Shown: positions 52,404-64,000 of the stretch, in pieces
How positions within the stretch are numbered: the stretch's first letter is position 1
Layout: the number at the start of each line of letters is the position of its first letter
Notes under the pieces: generated by a model
Databases searched by the model: none
What the model was told of the DNA's origin: nothing
The model's input: only the letters and a program-made list of their open reading frames with translations
NCBI RefSeq assembly: GCF_000497125.1
Contig: NC_090597.1
Location: 1,437,797-1,501,796, forward strand
Origin: Spironucleus salmonicida
Lineage: Eukaryota
Length of the DNA: 64,000 nucleotides
Reading direction: 5' to 3'
Position numbers and translations under genes: made by a program

Positions 52404-55332
52404 TAAAATTAATAGTATTTGCTTTGATTCAGACAAATTATTATATTAAAAATATAAATAATAAACTAGCTTGTTGAAATATAATCTGTTAAAGATCAAT
52501 TATTATTTAAATGTTGATAACTGAGAATTTGAAATTTATATTCGGAGTATAAAAATACATATCAGTAATATAAAAATATTGGAGTATAAGATAGAGTACT
52601 AAATATATAATATTATAATATAATTGTTTGAGATATAGTAGTTTATTGCACAACAAAGACTTGTCTTTATATAATGTAAGCTATATATGGGCCATTAAAA
52701 TAAATATAGCTATTCATACAATATTATTAATATAATATACTATTTATAAAAAGTATTCACAGTTAATACTTTTTAAACTGTGATGTTATTTGTTATTTCA
52801 TTGTTGTAAATAATATAAATTACAATCTTATATAAGTTGTAAGCAGATGAGTGAAATGATAAAATAATCTATCTAGTTTGCTGTTATAATAACATCATAT
52901 ATTATAACTAGCTGTAAATTTAGACTTAGACAAAAAATTATACTAACGTGAACTTGCATTTAAAGATAATATTCAAAATTTATTTTTTAAATAATTTTTA
53001 TTTGCACATTACATTTATATATCTATATCCTGCCAATGGTAATTTTTATACCTATATGCATTTTTAGAATATTAATAAGCCATGTTTCGTCTGCAAATAA
53101 TTTGAATCCCAAAGTTATCTAGTATATATATTTATACTTACCGGTCCAAAATTTTAAATACATTCTCTTGATTAATAGTTCGGAAAATATATGTTATCTG
53201 TGTTTATATATAACATTTTACAATCGTCTTATATATTTTTGGTAATAAACTTGTGTTAGATCATATTTTTGAGTAAGTGAATTTCATTTCTTTTAGATAA
53301 TCACATATAGCTAAAAATTGATGTTAATGTTGCTAGTATTATGCAATAAGCGGTGTTAATTTTCTAAATTCAGCATAGTATAGGATAAGCTATAATAATA
53401 CATTTTACACCTCCAGAAGTAATATTGCTAAGGAAACTCAGTTATAACCATTTTCCATAATTAAACTATCATCAAAATACCGAGTGCACAGTGTCAATCA
53501 GGAGAGAATATTGTACCCCCATCTTAGATTGGTGATATGAGGTAGCAAAAAGCAATATAAGTAACCAGAAGTACTTATCCATCCATCTTGTAAGCTAAGT
53601 TAAAAGTTGAATATCTATCGGTGAGTATAATTTATTAAGGCTACGTGACAGTAATGAATAATTTGATTATAATATCAGTAGAATGTCAAATATAAAATTA
53701 ATATGGACAATGTTAGTATCCAGAACATTAATTCCACCAGTATTTTAAAGGTAAATTGTGGTGAAGTATAGATAATAATGTAACATATACTGAGATAGCA
53801 ATCGTTCAGTCACCTTAACCGCAAAAATAGGATGGTTGATATATCCAGTTTAGGATAGAATGCTAAGATTCGGTATATTAATAGGTAATTATACCAATAT
53901 TTTATAATATACTCGACAATGAGCGTATATATAATTATGACTAAACATATTATTTGCGCCTATTTCTGTAAAACTTATACGTGAAAAGATATCCTAAATT
54001 AAATAGGATTATTTCTCAACTTTTAAACTGCTGATTTGTGGCAAAATTATAAATTTGATACATTACTCACTAAAGCTGTTCATTTTTTGCTTAAGTAATA
54101 GTCAAAGGTAATTGATTAATTTGAGGTGCTACACTACAGAATGTTCGTTTACTCCAAATATATGATACTATTAACCGTAAATCATCACATTGATACGTAT
54201 AATATCTCCTAATTTATTATTCGTGTTTTCTTATTAGTGAATAAAATATTTATTGGACATTAAATACTTAAGCTTGTTAAATACTTATAGCTGATGATAT
54301 TAACTCATGTATGATTTTTATCCAACCCATAATTTCAAAGTATTAATTGTTATTTGTATAACATGATTAACAATACTTACATATGGGATGTGAGAGTTAT
54401 TGTGTTAAAATTTATAACTAAATCCGTTAACCTATTACAAGGTAAACACATGTTATAGAGTAGCCTATAATATTTAATTCTTAATAATATATCAAAATTA
54501 TCATAAAATATTCAATGACTACAAATATCATAATTCTGAAAGTAAATTTTTACCACTGTGATACTTTATCGTGAAGTTTGATTTACATTTATACAATTTG
54601 CTTTACAACGCAAAATCAAATGTTATATGATTTGGAAAATATATTCAATCTAAAGCATGTATATAATTGTGTAAACTATAAAATGGTGAAATTAAAAACA
54701 CAATAACTTGATCAATAAGAATTAGTAAATTGAAAATTTTCATACTTTTGGTAAAATTATAATTTTGAATCGTGATTAATTTGTATATTTATAAAGATTT
54801 AGACTCTAGCTATTGAAAGATAGTTTATCATTGTTAAAATCAGAGTCTATTTTTTTCAAATAGAAGAATAGTTATATAAACGAAATCGTTAAACTACATT
54901 TACTTTGATTCTCTGTAATGAATAAGAATTTTATATTAATTATAATATGCTTTAAATTTTACTTATAATATATGATAATTAATTAGTTAAGAATTGGAAC
55001 ATGGTTTATTAACGTGATATTTATAAACTAATTTTTTTAATAATTAGTAGGTGATAGAGCGAAATAAGTTAATATAATAATTCATTATATTGCATATACG
55101 AGTGTCGTATTTATTTAATTTCATTACTTCTAATTTAATAAAACAATAAAAACCATAAAGATTATTTTTTTTTGCTATGTAATCCACTTTACGCGTTAAT
55201 AATAAATAGTGTCATTGTAATAATTAATAGAAGATTTAATTTAAAATAATAAAATTGATTTATTAAATATATTCAAGTTTTTATTATTGAATCCAAAGCA
55301 TATTAACGTTTATGCTAAAAAATAAAAAATAT

Positions 55333-55620
55333 TCATAAATACTACTAATTTTCAATATTATGATGTTATTAATAATATTGTTAGTCATTTTCAGTTATCT
55401 TATCCTGGACTAGTTTTTCCCTACCAACTAAAGGTAATTCTTCTAAATAAATAAGGATATCTTTTACTCCTTTTTTAAGGGATGGTTTTTAATTTTTACG
55501 CTACTCGTATTCCTTCATCTTTTCAAATTATTGTATTTCTATTATTTATTGAAGAAATAACTTCTATTCACAAATTGAACATTTTCTTCTTTTTAATTGA
55601 CAAAATTTACATTTATACAT
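55333..55620 (-). CDS. Small protein with N-terminal CxxC-x6-CxxC (95 aa)
   Basis: MYKCKFCQLKRRKCSICEQK...QQYL*. Confidence 0.55.
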
Positions 55621-55666
55621 TTTGGTTATAAAAATATTATATATAATATAAATAATTTGAGAATTA

Positions 55667-56056
55667 ATGATTTACTATTATATAATTCTCAGGATACTCA
55701 GATTAGTTTTAACTATATTATTGCCATATAGAAGCTTTTTATTATCCAAAAATATAAATATCATTAAGTATCTTGTTATATTAGTCTTTATTATTTTTAT
55801 TGAATATACTTTTGACAGTATTTTAATTTTTTTGCCACTTAAGGATGAGTATTTATTTACCTTATCTTTATTACTAATTAAAAAAGATTATCAGCTATCG
55901 AAATTAATTTATAACGGCCTTTTGGGAGATATTGTAAATGTATCTATTTTATAAAATTCTATACTTAGCTCATATATAATTAATTTAATAGCTAAACAAC
56001 CAGTCACTTATGATTCCACAGAGAATAATTTAAATTTCACACAAGAATTCAAGTGA
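55667..56056 (+). CDS. TB2/DP1/HVA22 (REEP/Yop1)-like ER membrane protein (129 aa)
   Basis: LLPYRSF..KYLVILVFIIFIEYTFD..LP...E....SKLIYN pattern; track ORF extended through TAA to AAG TGA. Confidence 0.65.
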
Positions 56057-56057
56057 A

Positions 56058-56339
56058 TCACATTAATTTTTCTAATTTTTTACTCAAGCTGATTAAATCT
56101 CTTGTACTTCTTCTAGTTAATAATTATTACAATTTTTACGCGTCTTATGGCTACTAAGAAAAGGCCTTCCTTAACTATTTCGTCTTAAACTGTGAAGGCT
56201 AATTAGTTATTTGTGGTAAGGAGCAGTATACTTCATTTTATTGGACTTGAACTTATTTAAACATATAAAACTAGTGTCTTTTAGATTAATAACATGATTT
56301 AAATTATTAATTACCATATGGTTCATTATTTTGGTACAT
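56058..56339 (-). CDS. Hypothetical Gln-rich protein (93 aa)
   Basis: MYQNNEPYGNQ...SKKLEKLM*; its stop is separated by 1 bp from the convergent REEP-like stop. Confidence 0.5.
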
Positions 56340-56477
56340 TTTCTAAACAATCACACAATTATAAGTATAAAATAAAATAACATAACATTTACTTATTCAA
56401 TATTTTATTTTTAATAAATATTTTAATATTATTTATTATTAGTTCATAATTTAATCTAATAAATTCGTTCTTTCATA

Positions 56478-57953
56478 ATGGATAGCGAAGAAATTTTAAC
56501 ATACTAGCAGACTGAGCAGTATGTGCGCGACCTTACCTATTTTCCACTCAATGAAATAGGTTCATCATCATGGTTCAAATAGCATACTATCATATAAAAG
56601 CTAAATATGTAGGCACATAGAAATATTTCGTTCGATATCGAAGAATTTGTTTCAGAACTAATTTAAACATATGATAAATATGATATATTAATAAAACAAC
56701 TTTTTGCCCATTAGATACTACGCAAAAACGTCATTAATCCAATGCTGAAAACGGAATATTCTCAGACTAATCTGGTTAAAGCCCAAATTTATTTATATGC
56801 TATTAGATTTTCTGAAGCAATAATAGTTGATTTATTGGCGGTTCGTGCCGTCGACTAACTTTTCACCTCTAAATATATTCCAGAAGTTATTGATTACATC
56901 GCAGAATCGCTCAATCAGATCATCACAAATGATTACTTTTATGACTATAAGTTGGACCTCACTGATCTTAATTTAGAAAGTGAGTTGGTCTATTCAGCTT
57001 CCGATATAGACTTCAAACGAAATTGTGCTATTTTAACCTTGCTTCGTGCCGTTTCTTGCCATGAGCTTGCAGTATCCGAGACTTATCGGTTAAAATCTAA
57101 CAGAATTTAAGTAAAAACTGCATAAATTCTTGGCATTTCGCCTCCCCCATGGATTCGTGAGAAGAAGATAAACAACAAAATTTAATTTATTGAAATTTTC
57201 GAAAATTTAGAATGGAAAAAATTTGAAGAGATCAGTGAAATACAGTTTAAGCTGTTCGCGCTTCCTGCATAACTTTGGATAAGTTTAATCGGTCTGGCAC
57301 GATTACAAGAGCAATTCACGTCAGTCGAAATAGACTCATTTGGGGCCATAAAAAGCAAAATCTCAGAGAGCTTCATCGATCAAATCCCACAGCTGAAAGA
57401 TGTGCGGCTTTACTATGAAAAGCTAGTTCTAAATCAGTAGCAAACAGAGCTGTAGCAGCACTAAGCGAAAGTGCAGTAGGATTTCGGAAACGATGAGTTC
57501 CTTCAGAAACCTATCTCAGTAGAGGTTGTAAGCAGCTTAACTGACACGATAATAGGTGAAATTCGCAAAAAATTTGAAGTTAAAAATCAAAATCGAATTG
57601 AAATTCAAACGGAAACTTCGGGTGTTATTTCCTTAAAAAACGAAGTCCAGACCGTCTTCAGCGATGCATAAATATTCTACGAACTGACATAAGTCTAGAC
57701 CAAACGATTATCACATTTTGACATCAACACGAGCACTATTGTTGACCAGTTTGATAAGGTGTACCCCACATGCTTCTGTGGTTAAATCGCTCGGTCACGC
57801 TGCTCGAAATGCAAGAAAATTTGGTACTGTGGAAGGGAGTGCCAACTCAAGGACTGGAAATCAGGCCACAAGAAGACCTGTGGTCAGGTGTTAAAGAATG
57901 ACAATGAAGAAATTCAGAGGCTCGTGAGGCAGGTTGAAGCCAGTACAAAATGA
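56478..57953 (+). CDS. ZMYND10: ZMYND10/BLU axonemal dynein assembly factor (491 aa)
   Basis: EQYVRDL..FPLNEIGSSSWFKQH...KLNMQA..EEFV N-terminus, PPPW motif, C-terminal MYND finger CFCG..RCSKCKKIWYCGRECQLKDWKSGHKKTC. Confidence 0.88.
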
Positions 57954-57963
57954 GGTTAAATGT

Positions 57964-58233
57964 TCACTTTCGGATTTCAAAGATGTCATACGAATTTGCG
58001 GAGGGTGTGAGTGTTACGGTATCAACTTTGGAATTTCTGGAGCCCGTGTGCAGAAATTTAACAAAGAGTGCGCACGGCGCGGGGGCGCCATAAAATTCGC
58101 CCTCAACGAACTTACCAGATTCATCGTTTCTGATCCAGCCTTTAATATTTAGCTTATTTGCCTCAATTTTGGCGGTTTTCCGGAAATATACTCCCTGAAC
58201 CTTGCCGCCAACTTTGAAATATTTAGATTCCAT
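57964..58233 (-). CDS. Acylphosphatase (89 aa)
   Basis: VGGKVQGVYFR and GWIRN signatures; true start most likely ATG 58233. Confidence 0.93.
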   Translation of the reverse strand: MESKYFKVGGKVQGVYFRKTAKIEANKLNIKGWIRNDESGKFVEGEFYGAPAPCALFVKFLHTGSRNSKVDTVTLTPSANSYDIFEIRK

Positions 58234-58590
58234 TATTAAATATTTTATATAATGTATAATAATTAAATAATAGTGAAACGAAAATAGCATACATATAAAA
58301 ACACAAATTTATTTTGAAAATCTACACCCTGACGGATTCAGAGTAAGTTTTTAACCTTTATATGTAAGCAAATATAAATTTGTTGAGGTTACATGTGATA
58401 TTTATGTTTTACGTATAAAAGCTAAACAATCTTTGTAATTAAGAATTGTTTAAAATAATATTGATTGAATTTACTTTAATATTTATGATATAATATTCTT
58501 ATCTTAACTCTGATTACTGAACTTTAATATTACTATTTACTTAATTTTTGGTGTGAAACAATCGTTATAATAAATATAATTTTTAGTCAA

Positions 58591-59100
58591 TCACCTTTCG
58601 TCTATTTTATTTGCTCCAAATGCACCAATTTTCTTCATTCCAAATTTAGGTTTCGTTGGATTACTTTAAATGTTAATAGTAGCTTACTTTGCGACCTCTG
58701 GCTTCTCAAAAATTTATAATTAACTTTCACCCAATTTACAATGTATATTTGTTTAATGTTTGTTCTGTCCACTATTGATCTTATTATTAATAGATATATA
58801 CTGGGTCGGATAAAGTTAACGTAAACCATTTAAAAGTAAATATTTAATGGGGAAAATGTTTTATATTTTCTATTCAAGTAGAAGAGCACTTTATAGTTCT
58901 AAATCTGATAATGTTGGAAGAGTAAAATCAACTTATAGGTCGAATATAAGTTATCTCTGGGGAGTACCAAAGATGAAAAGGAACACTGAAAAATTGGCAG
59001 GGGACACTTGAGCTAAAGAAATCATTTAAACAATATCTAAAGGAGCAAAATGACGGATAAAAAAAAGGACATACTTTGTATATGGCGCGATTTGGTTCAT
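58591..59100 (-). CDS. Hypothetical protein (169 aa)
   Basis: ATG 59100 to TGA 58591-58593, open under table 6. Confidence 0.6.
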
Positions 59101-59136
59101 TTTAATTGTATTATATATAATAAAGATAAGTAAAGA

Positions 59137-59703
59137 ATGAAGGATTATAATTTACGGTGGTTTGATTATTAACATTTATTAATTGTTATGAACTATTTGG
59201 TTATTACCTATAATATAAGGAAAATAGGATAACTATCAACGAAAATATCATTATTGTTTTTATTATCTGTGGGAATTGAGAATCCTCTATTTTTATTTGT
59301 AGCTGAGAAGCGCCCTTTTCGTGCATTCTCTGATTATTCACTGAAACTAAATATAGCCATGCTACTTCTAATTTATTCATAGTTAATTGAGCTGCTGCAA
59401 CCGTTTTATTAAATTATAGCATCACTAATTGCTATAAATAATATATTTAACACTTATAACTGGTTTAGCAAAAATACAAATTAAAAATTAAAAAGAATCT
59501 TTATCATGTCACAGTGTTATCGAAGAGTAGTGTTGGTATGTTTTGGAACACATAATTTTGGGTATATAGAAATCCTTCGCAGCTTTGCAGTTTGTTTACT
59601 GCAAAAGTCATCGGGACCTGTGAAAACTAAAATTGCTATATTTACTATATGTGAAGTTATATTTATGGTGTACAGAGATGCAGTTGGATTATAGTAAATT
59701 TGA
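59137..59703 (+). CDS. Hypothetical hydrophobic/membrane protein (188 aa)
   Basis: ATG 59137 to TGA 59701-59703; includes track ORF 59506-59694; divergent from the 59100 gene with a 36-bp gap. Confidence 0.55.
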
Positions 59704-59748
59704 AAATAAATAGAGTAACTTAATATTTATTATATTGTTATATAAACT

Positions 59749-61173
59749 TCACTTTGTGTTATTTCGCTTGGAGTTGGTTTTGAATTATTTTACCGGTTTA
59801 GAGATTTTTTTTGTAACTTATATACCACCAAGTTCATTGAACAGTTCATCAAACCTATCATCTGATAATTCTTATTCCTTTTACTTCTTGTTATCTTCGT
59901 TTAATTAAATTTTATCTCTTTACGTACGGAATAAATCTATTTTCTTTTATTGCTCAATTTTATGTATATCTAACGTAACATTCTATTTAGTAGAATTAAC
60001 AGCCTTATCTAGGATATCCTTTGGTACGTAATAACCATGCATTTAGGGAATAACACTATCAGTAGTGGTCAAGCTAAGTAAATTTAAAGCTTTTAAATCT
60101 GCCTCTGTAACAAATCTATGGTTTGCAAACTAACTAGTTTATTATTAAATATCAATTTGTTATATTTGCTGATCTAAATCTTTAGCCCACAAAGGTGCAG
60201 GCCCCAAATCAGGAATATAATAGTTTTACACTAGTTAAGTTTCACAAGAAAGTAAGAATAATCCACTTTTATCAAAACTTTCAAAGCTTTAAATTGCTGA
60301 ATTAGGTTCAACATAACATTTTAATTAACCATCAGGTTAATAAATACGCATTTATCTTGAATCTGATCCAACAATACCTTTTTCGCCAAAATTTTCATAA
60401 AAACTCAACTTATTAATAGCACTATTTCCATGCTTGATTTTTCTCATTGGAACATTACTTCTAATGTCATATTCATAAATAAATCCACTTTAGCTTCCAA
60501 CGCACAATTTCATAGCATTACTGCAAACACTACTACATTTCTCTTATAGCAAACTCCCAATCTTACCAACTCTACAATCGAAGGCAGTGATACCGCTATC
60601 CCCACAAGCATAAATGACTTCAACCGCCTTTTCGCAGCATAAAGCAGAATATTCTGACCCATCACCAACCAAACTTTCTCTAAATTTACCACTGATTAAA
60701 TCCAGTTAGAATAGTTCATTTCCTGTGCCACAAATCTGTAAAATACCCTCCCAATCGACGAATTGGCAAGCCCTAGGTAACTTTGGGACACGTTTATTAA
60801 ATACAGTACCTCCTTGCCCTTATACTATAAGCTCACGATTCGCGCAAATAAGTGCTATTTTTCGCCAGTCCATGCCTAGAAAGTCTGCACCTACAACATC
60901 AGAATTAACATTTCTCTACAGTTTCATAGCACCTGAATTCAGGTCGAAAAGCCGAATCTGTTGAGGATAAGTACCAGCAGCTAGTAAGAAATTCGCATCT
61001 GGTGAGCGCTTCGTAAAATATGTAATTTATGGAAACCCAAGATTTGGGATGAGATGAAACGACTTATCGGAAGTTGAAGCTTTCTTATCCACTTTTGTAA
61101 GAAATTGTGGTTGTGTAATATGTTTAGGAGTAAGGTCGTAAACGCGTGTTTTGAGTGAAGTAAAAAATGACAT
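59749..61173 (-). CDS. NOL10: Nucleolar protein 10 / Enp2 (WD40, 40S biogenesis) (474 aa)
   Basis: SPDANFLLAAGTYPQQIRLFDL, DWRK, IPDLGPAPLW, RFVT..L..LNL, MHGYYV. Confidence 0.88.
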
Positions 61174-61233
61174 TTTTGAGGAGTGAGTGGTGGAGCGAAA
61201 ATATTATGTTAAAAATATAATAATAGTAAAGGC

Positions 61234-61377
61234 TCATTTATGAATAGGAAAATATGTTGAAATTCTTTCAGCTGTAGCTGAAGTGTTCATTAAGTTATTT
61301 TGTTTAATATTATGCATAAATTCCTGCTCTTTCAGAGCTTAGAGTTCTTCTTAGATTTTTTGATGTTAAGATTTCAT
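61234..61377 (-). CDS. Possible micro-protein (47 aa)
   Basis: MKSQHQKIQEELQALKEQE...FPIHK*; fills an intergenic gap, A-rich start. Confidence 0.3.
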
Positions 61378-61428
61378 TTTTAAAAACTAGCTTTTAGTGA
61401 ATACTATATATAATTTAATAAAATAAAC

Positions 61429-61824
61429 TCAGTTTGCGTCTTATTCTGGTTCTTTAGCTTCGTGTATGTCCCTATTGAGTAGCACCTCAGCTTCAGTTTT
61501 ATCTACCACTTCCTCTAAATTTTTGTCTGTTTATTCTAGTTCTTTGGCGACATCAATATGATCACTGCAGTTTGACTCGCTAATAACTCCTGAATTTTTC
61601 AGTGATTCGATTAAAGACTACTGGGTACGTCGTAACTATTTATAAAGGAAAATTAAAGCTAAACACAACACAATGACTAAAGGTGTAAATATTATAATTG
61701 AAGCTGTATTGTAATTCTTTAAATGATTATTCTATGCTTAAAAATCTTATATTTTTTACTGGTGTTCAATATTTGTAATATTAAGCTCTTGCAAAAGCTT
61801 TTGAATTCTTCTTTTTCTGGCCAT
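61429..61824 (-). CDS. Single-TM hypothetical protein (131 aa)
   Basis: MARKRRIQ..., TM IIIFTPLVIVLCLALIFLY, acidic tail. Confidence 0.65.
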
Positions 61825-61901
61825 TTAGTCAGCGAAATTTGATATTTATTTATTCATAGTATAATACTTTTATTATTTCTACAAAATGTATATTTACACT
61901 A

Positions 61902-62435
61902 ATGTCTATTTTGATCATTTAAACATCAGTTTTTCTTCACAACAAGCGTCACTGTGAAGCCACTCGTCAAACCATTTTAACGTATAATATGTTGAACCCA
62001 ATCTTACTCTCAACTCCATCTCAATGTGTTTTCGATATTCTTATGGAGTTCCCATAACTATAATTACATTATATTTCGGATCATCACTCAGTTTATCATC
62101 ACCTGATCTCTTACATATCATCTGATATATAAATACTTTATATTACTGGCCACTCCACGCCTTCAGCTTTGAAAATTGCTAATAAATATTATGCCTCAAG
62201 CAATAGAATGTCAAAGATCATTATACAATTTTATAATCTAGAATTACTTTTAGTAGATTCCTGCTATGCTTAATAGTTTTCCAAGGCAACAAAAAATGCT
62301 ATTTTTGCAAGTGGCTTGAGGCAGGAGAGCATAAGTTTTGGAACAGACTACTATGGATACGCTGCAAATACTCGATTCAATTAATTTAGATATAAAAATT
62401 AGGGGAGTGTGAGATAAGGGAATACTTAATTATGA
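61902..62435 (+). CDS. Minimal peptidase C13 / GPI8 (PIG-K)-like protein (177 aa)
   Basis: IIQTSVFLHNKRH (cf. VLVCTSRFWFNYRH), ILYITGHS (catalytic His, 62151-62153), LLLVDSCYA (catalytic Cys, 62262-62264), AIFASGLRQESIS (cf. ALASSQVGEDSLS). Confidence 0.75.
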
Positions 62436-62834
62436 GAAATAAATAATAGTAAGTGCTTTTATATAAATGATTAGATTTTAATACCTTAAATGTTAATTAT
62501 AGAATCAATAATCTATTTATAACTGCAATAAAATTTATATAATTTTTAACAGATATCAATTTCATAGTCATAATATAAATATTCTGAAGGTTTAATGTAA
62601 TAGTAAAATAAATTTATTATAATTGTACTGAAAATTGTTATTTCAATTTAAACTGAGAATACGCACCTTAAAATATTTAATATAAACTTATAATTCTTAT
62701 ATTAATTTAAAATACCATCTTAATACTTAATATCAAAGCGAACATAATTAAGTAGCTATTATAATGTACCTTAATTGAAATATAATTCAATTATAAGGCA
62801 TCTCGTATATAGCATATAATAGTAACTTCCGAAT

Positions 62835-64000
62835 TCACTCAACAAGTTTAAGTATATTTTTGTTCAACCCACCTTTTACCTTGCTAAAATTGTGGCCTAG
62901 ACTCTTGCAAACAGCCCTAACTATTACAGAGCCTTCCTCAGCTTTAATCTAGTCAACACTCGTAATATGAACCCAACTGTTAAGAATATTTGCAACAGCG
63001 TAGCTATCAACAATCTTATTGAACACTAGAACATTCAATAAGCCTAATACTTCTTAAATAACTTCTGGTAAAAATCCTTTGACTGCCTTATTCTACATTA
63101 GCAACGTTTCATCAGAAATCTCCTCGTTAGGTTATCTAGTGGTCATGACTGAAAAGTTTACCCGAGAGAAATTATTATCTTCAGAACACACCCAATCAAT
63201 TAGATTGTTCAAATTCTATAAAGTCTTTTTAGAAACAATTAAGGTAGCCTAATCATCTAATTTGCACAACATTCTCAAACCAAAAGGAATGATTGCTGCG
63301 AATTTAATACTCCTTCTTTAATTGATTAAATGGATTAATGCTCTTGTCTCCATAATACTACAAGGAGGAATTCTGGATGGTCTGACAGTTTTGAATTTCT
63401 TCCTTAGTAAGTCTAAAGAAGTTGCGGAATGTAAAAATGGCATGAGAGAAATAGATAGTTGGCTTAGTGAGAATATTGCATTTAAGTTTTATTGATATAA
63501 AAATTGATCGTCTTCTGTTAAATCGGCAATTTCGACAAGTATATCAAATAGATTATAAAGATTTTGTCCAGGAACCTTTAAGCAGATAACTTAGCTAGTT
63601 TAGAAATCTTCAAAGAACAATTTTGTTGAGTCAATGAAGTTGAACGAATCGGAGCATAAGATACTGATAAGTTCAAATAATGCAAATAATGCATTTTTAT
63701 GTTCAATTACACATTTTTTGTTTATTACAAAGTTCAAATATTCTTTTACAAGGGGAAGGAAATTACTTGTTGCAATTTTTTCAGATACATGTCTAAACTA
63801 ACAGAAGCTGGCAGTGATTTCAAACAAATATTAACAAATATGATGTTGATTATCAGAGTTGATAAGGACAAATGAAATATATTAGCAAATTTAAACTGTT
63901 GATCGAGAACCTTTATTTTCCATATGATTAAAGGCATCTTCGGCGAAGCTCCTTATTTTCATAGCTACTGCGAAGAACTTTAGAATTTCCTCTGAAATTT
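62835..64000 (-). CDS. Helical-repeat (HEAT/ARM-like) protein, 5'-partial
   Basis: Leu/Ile-rich amphipathic ORF running from the window edge to GAG TGA at 62835-62837. Confidence 0.6.

Noticed and set aside
53490..54083. Long open frames on both strands downstream of the CRMP gene
   Set aside because: Neither strand gives a recognisable or compositionally convincing protein; left uncalled.
62835..64000. Assignment of the last ORF as DNAAF5/HEATR2
   Set aside because: Only a vague RP..R resemblance; insufficient without a profile search.
1..64000. Introns, selenocysteine TGA, CRISPR arrays, intact transposons, rRNA/tRNA
   Set aside because: Recognisable genes are uninterrupted, no internal TGA was needed in any conserved domain, and no repeat-spacer array, RT/DDE domain or structural RNA signature was seen.

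Overview
AT-rich, gene-dense, apparently intronless eukaryotic DNA in which TAA/TAG encode Gln and TGA is the only stop (translation table 6). The supplied standard-code ORF track is therefore badly fragmented. The code, the very short intergenic gaps, AGTGA-type gene ends and a CxxC cysteine-rich membrane protein point to a hexamitid diplomonad (Spironucleus-like); this is inferred, not proven. Hand-translation gives about 38 CDS. Recognisable ones are a DHHC-family protein (DHSC variant), SLC35F/DMT transporter, CDC7-like kinase with long tail, XRN2, two cysteine synthases, Na+/H+ exchanger, SP-RING protein, aldose 1-epimerase, DENN+PH protein, CRMP, REEP/HVA22, ZMYND10, acylphosphatase, NOL10 and a very small GPI8-like C13 peptidase. 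The most notable items are the two cysK copies identical over 845 bp with divergent 3' ends, the 177-aa GPI8-like protein without a signal peptide, a MULE/WRKY-like Zn-finger protein, a Zn-ribbon + TM + beta-repeat ORF, and recurrent GC-rich islands with a C-to-G skew switch. No rRNA, tRNA, CRISPR array or intact transposon was seen. The longest ORFs were checked at both ends and spot-checked internally, not codon by codon.
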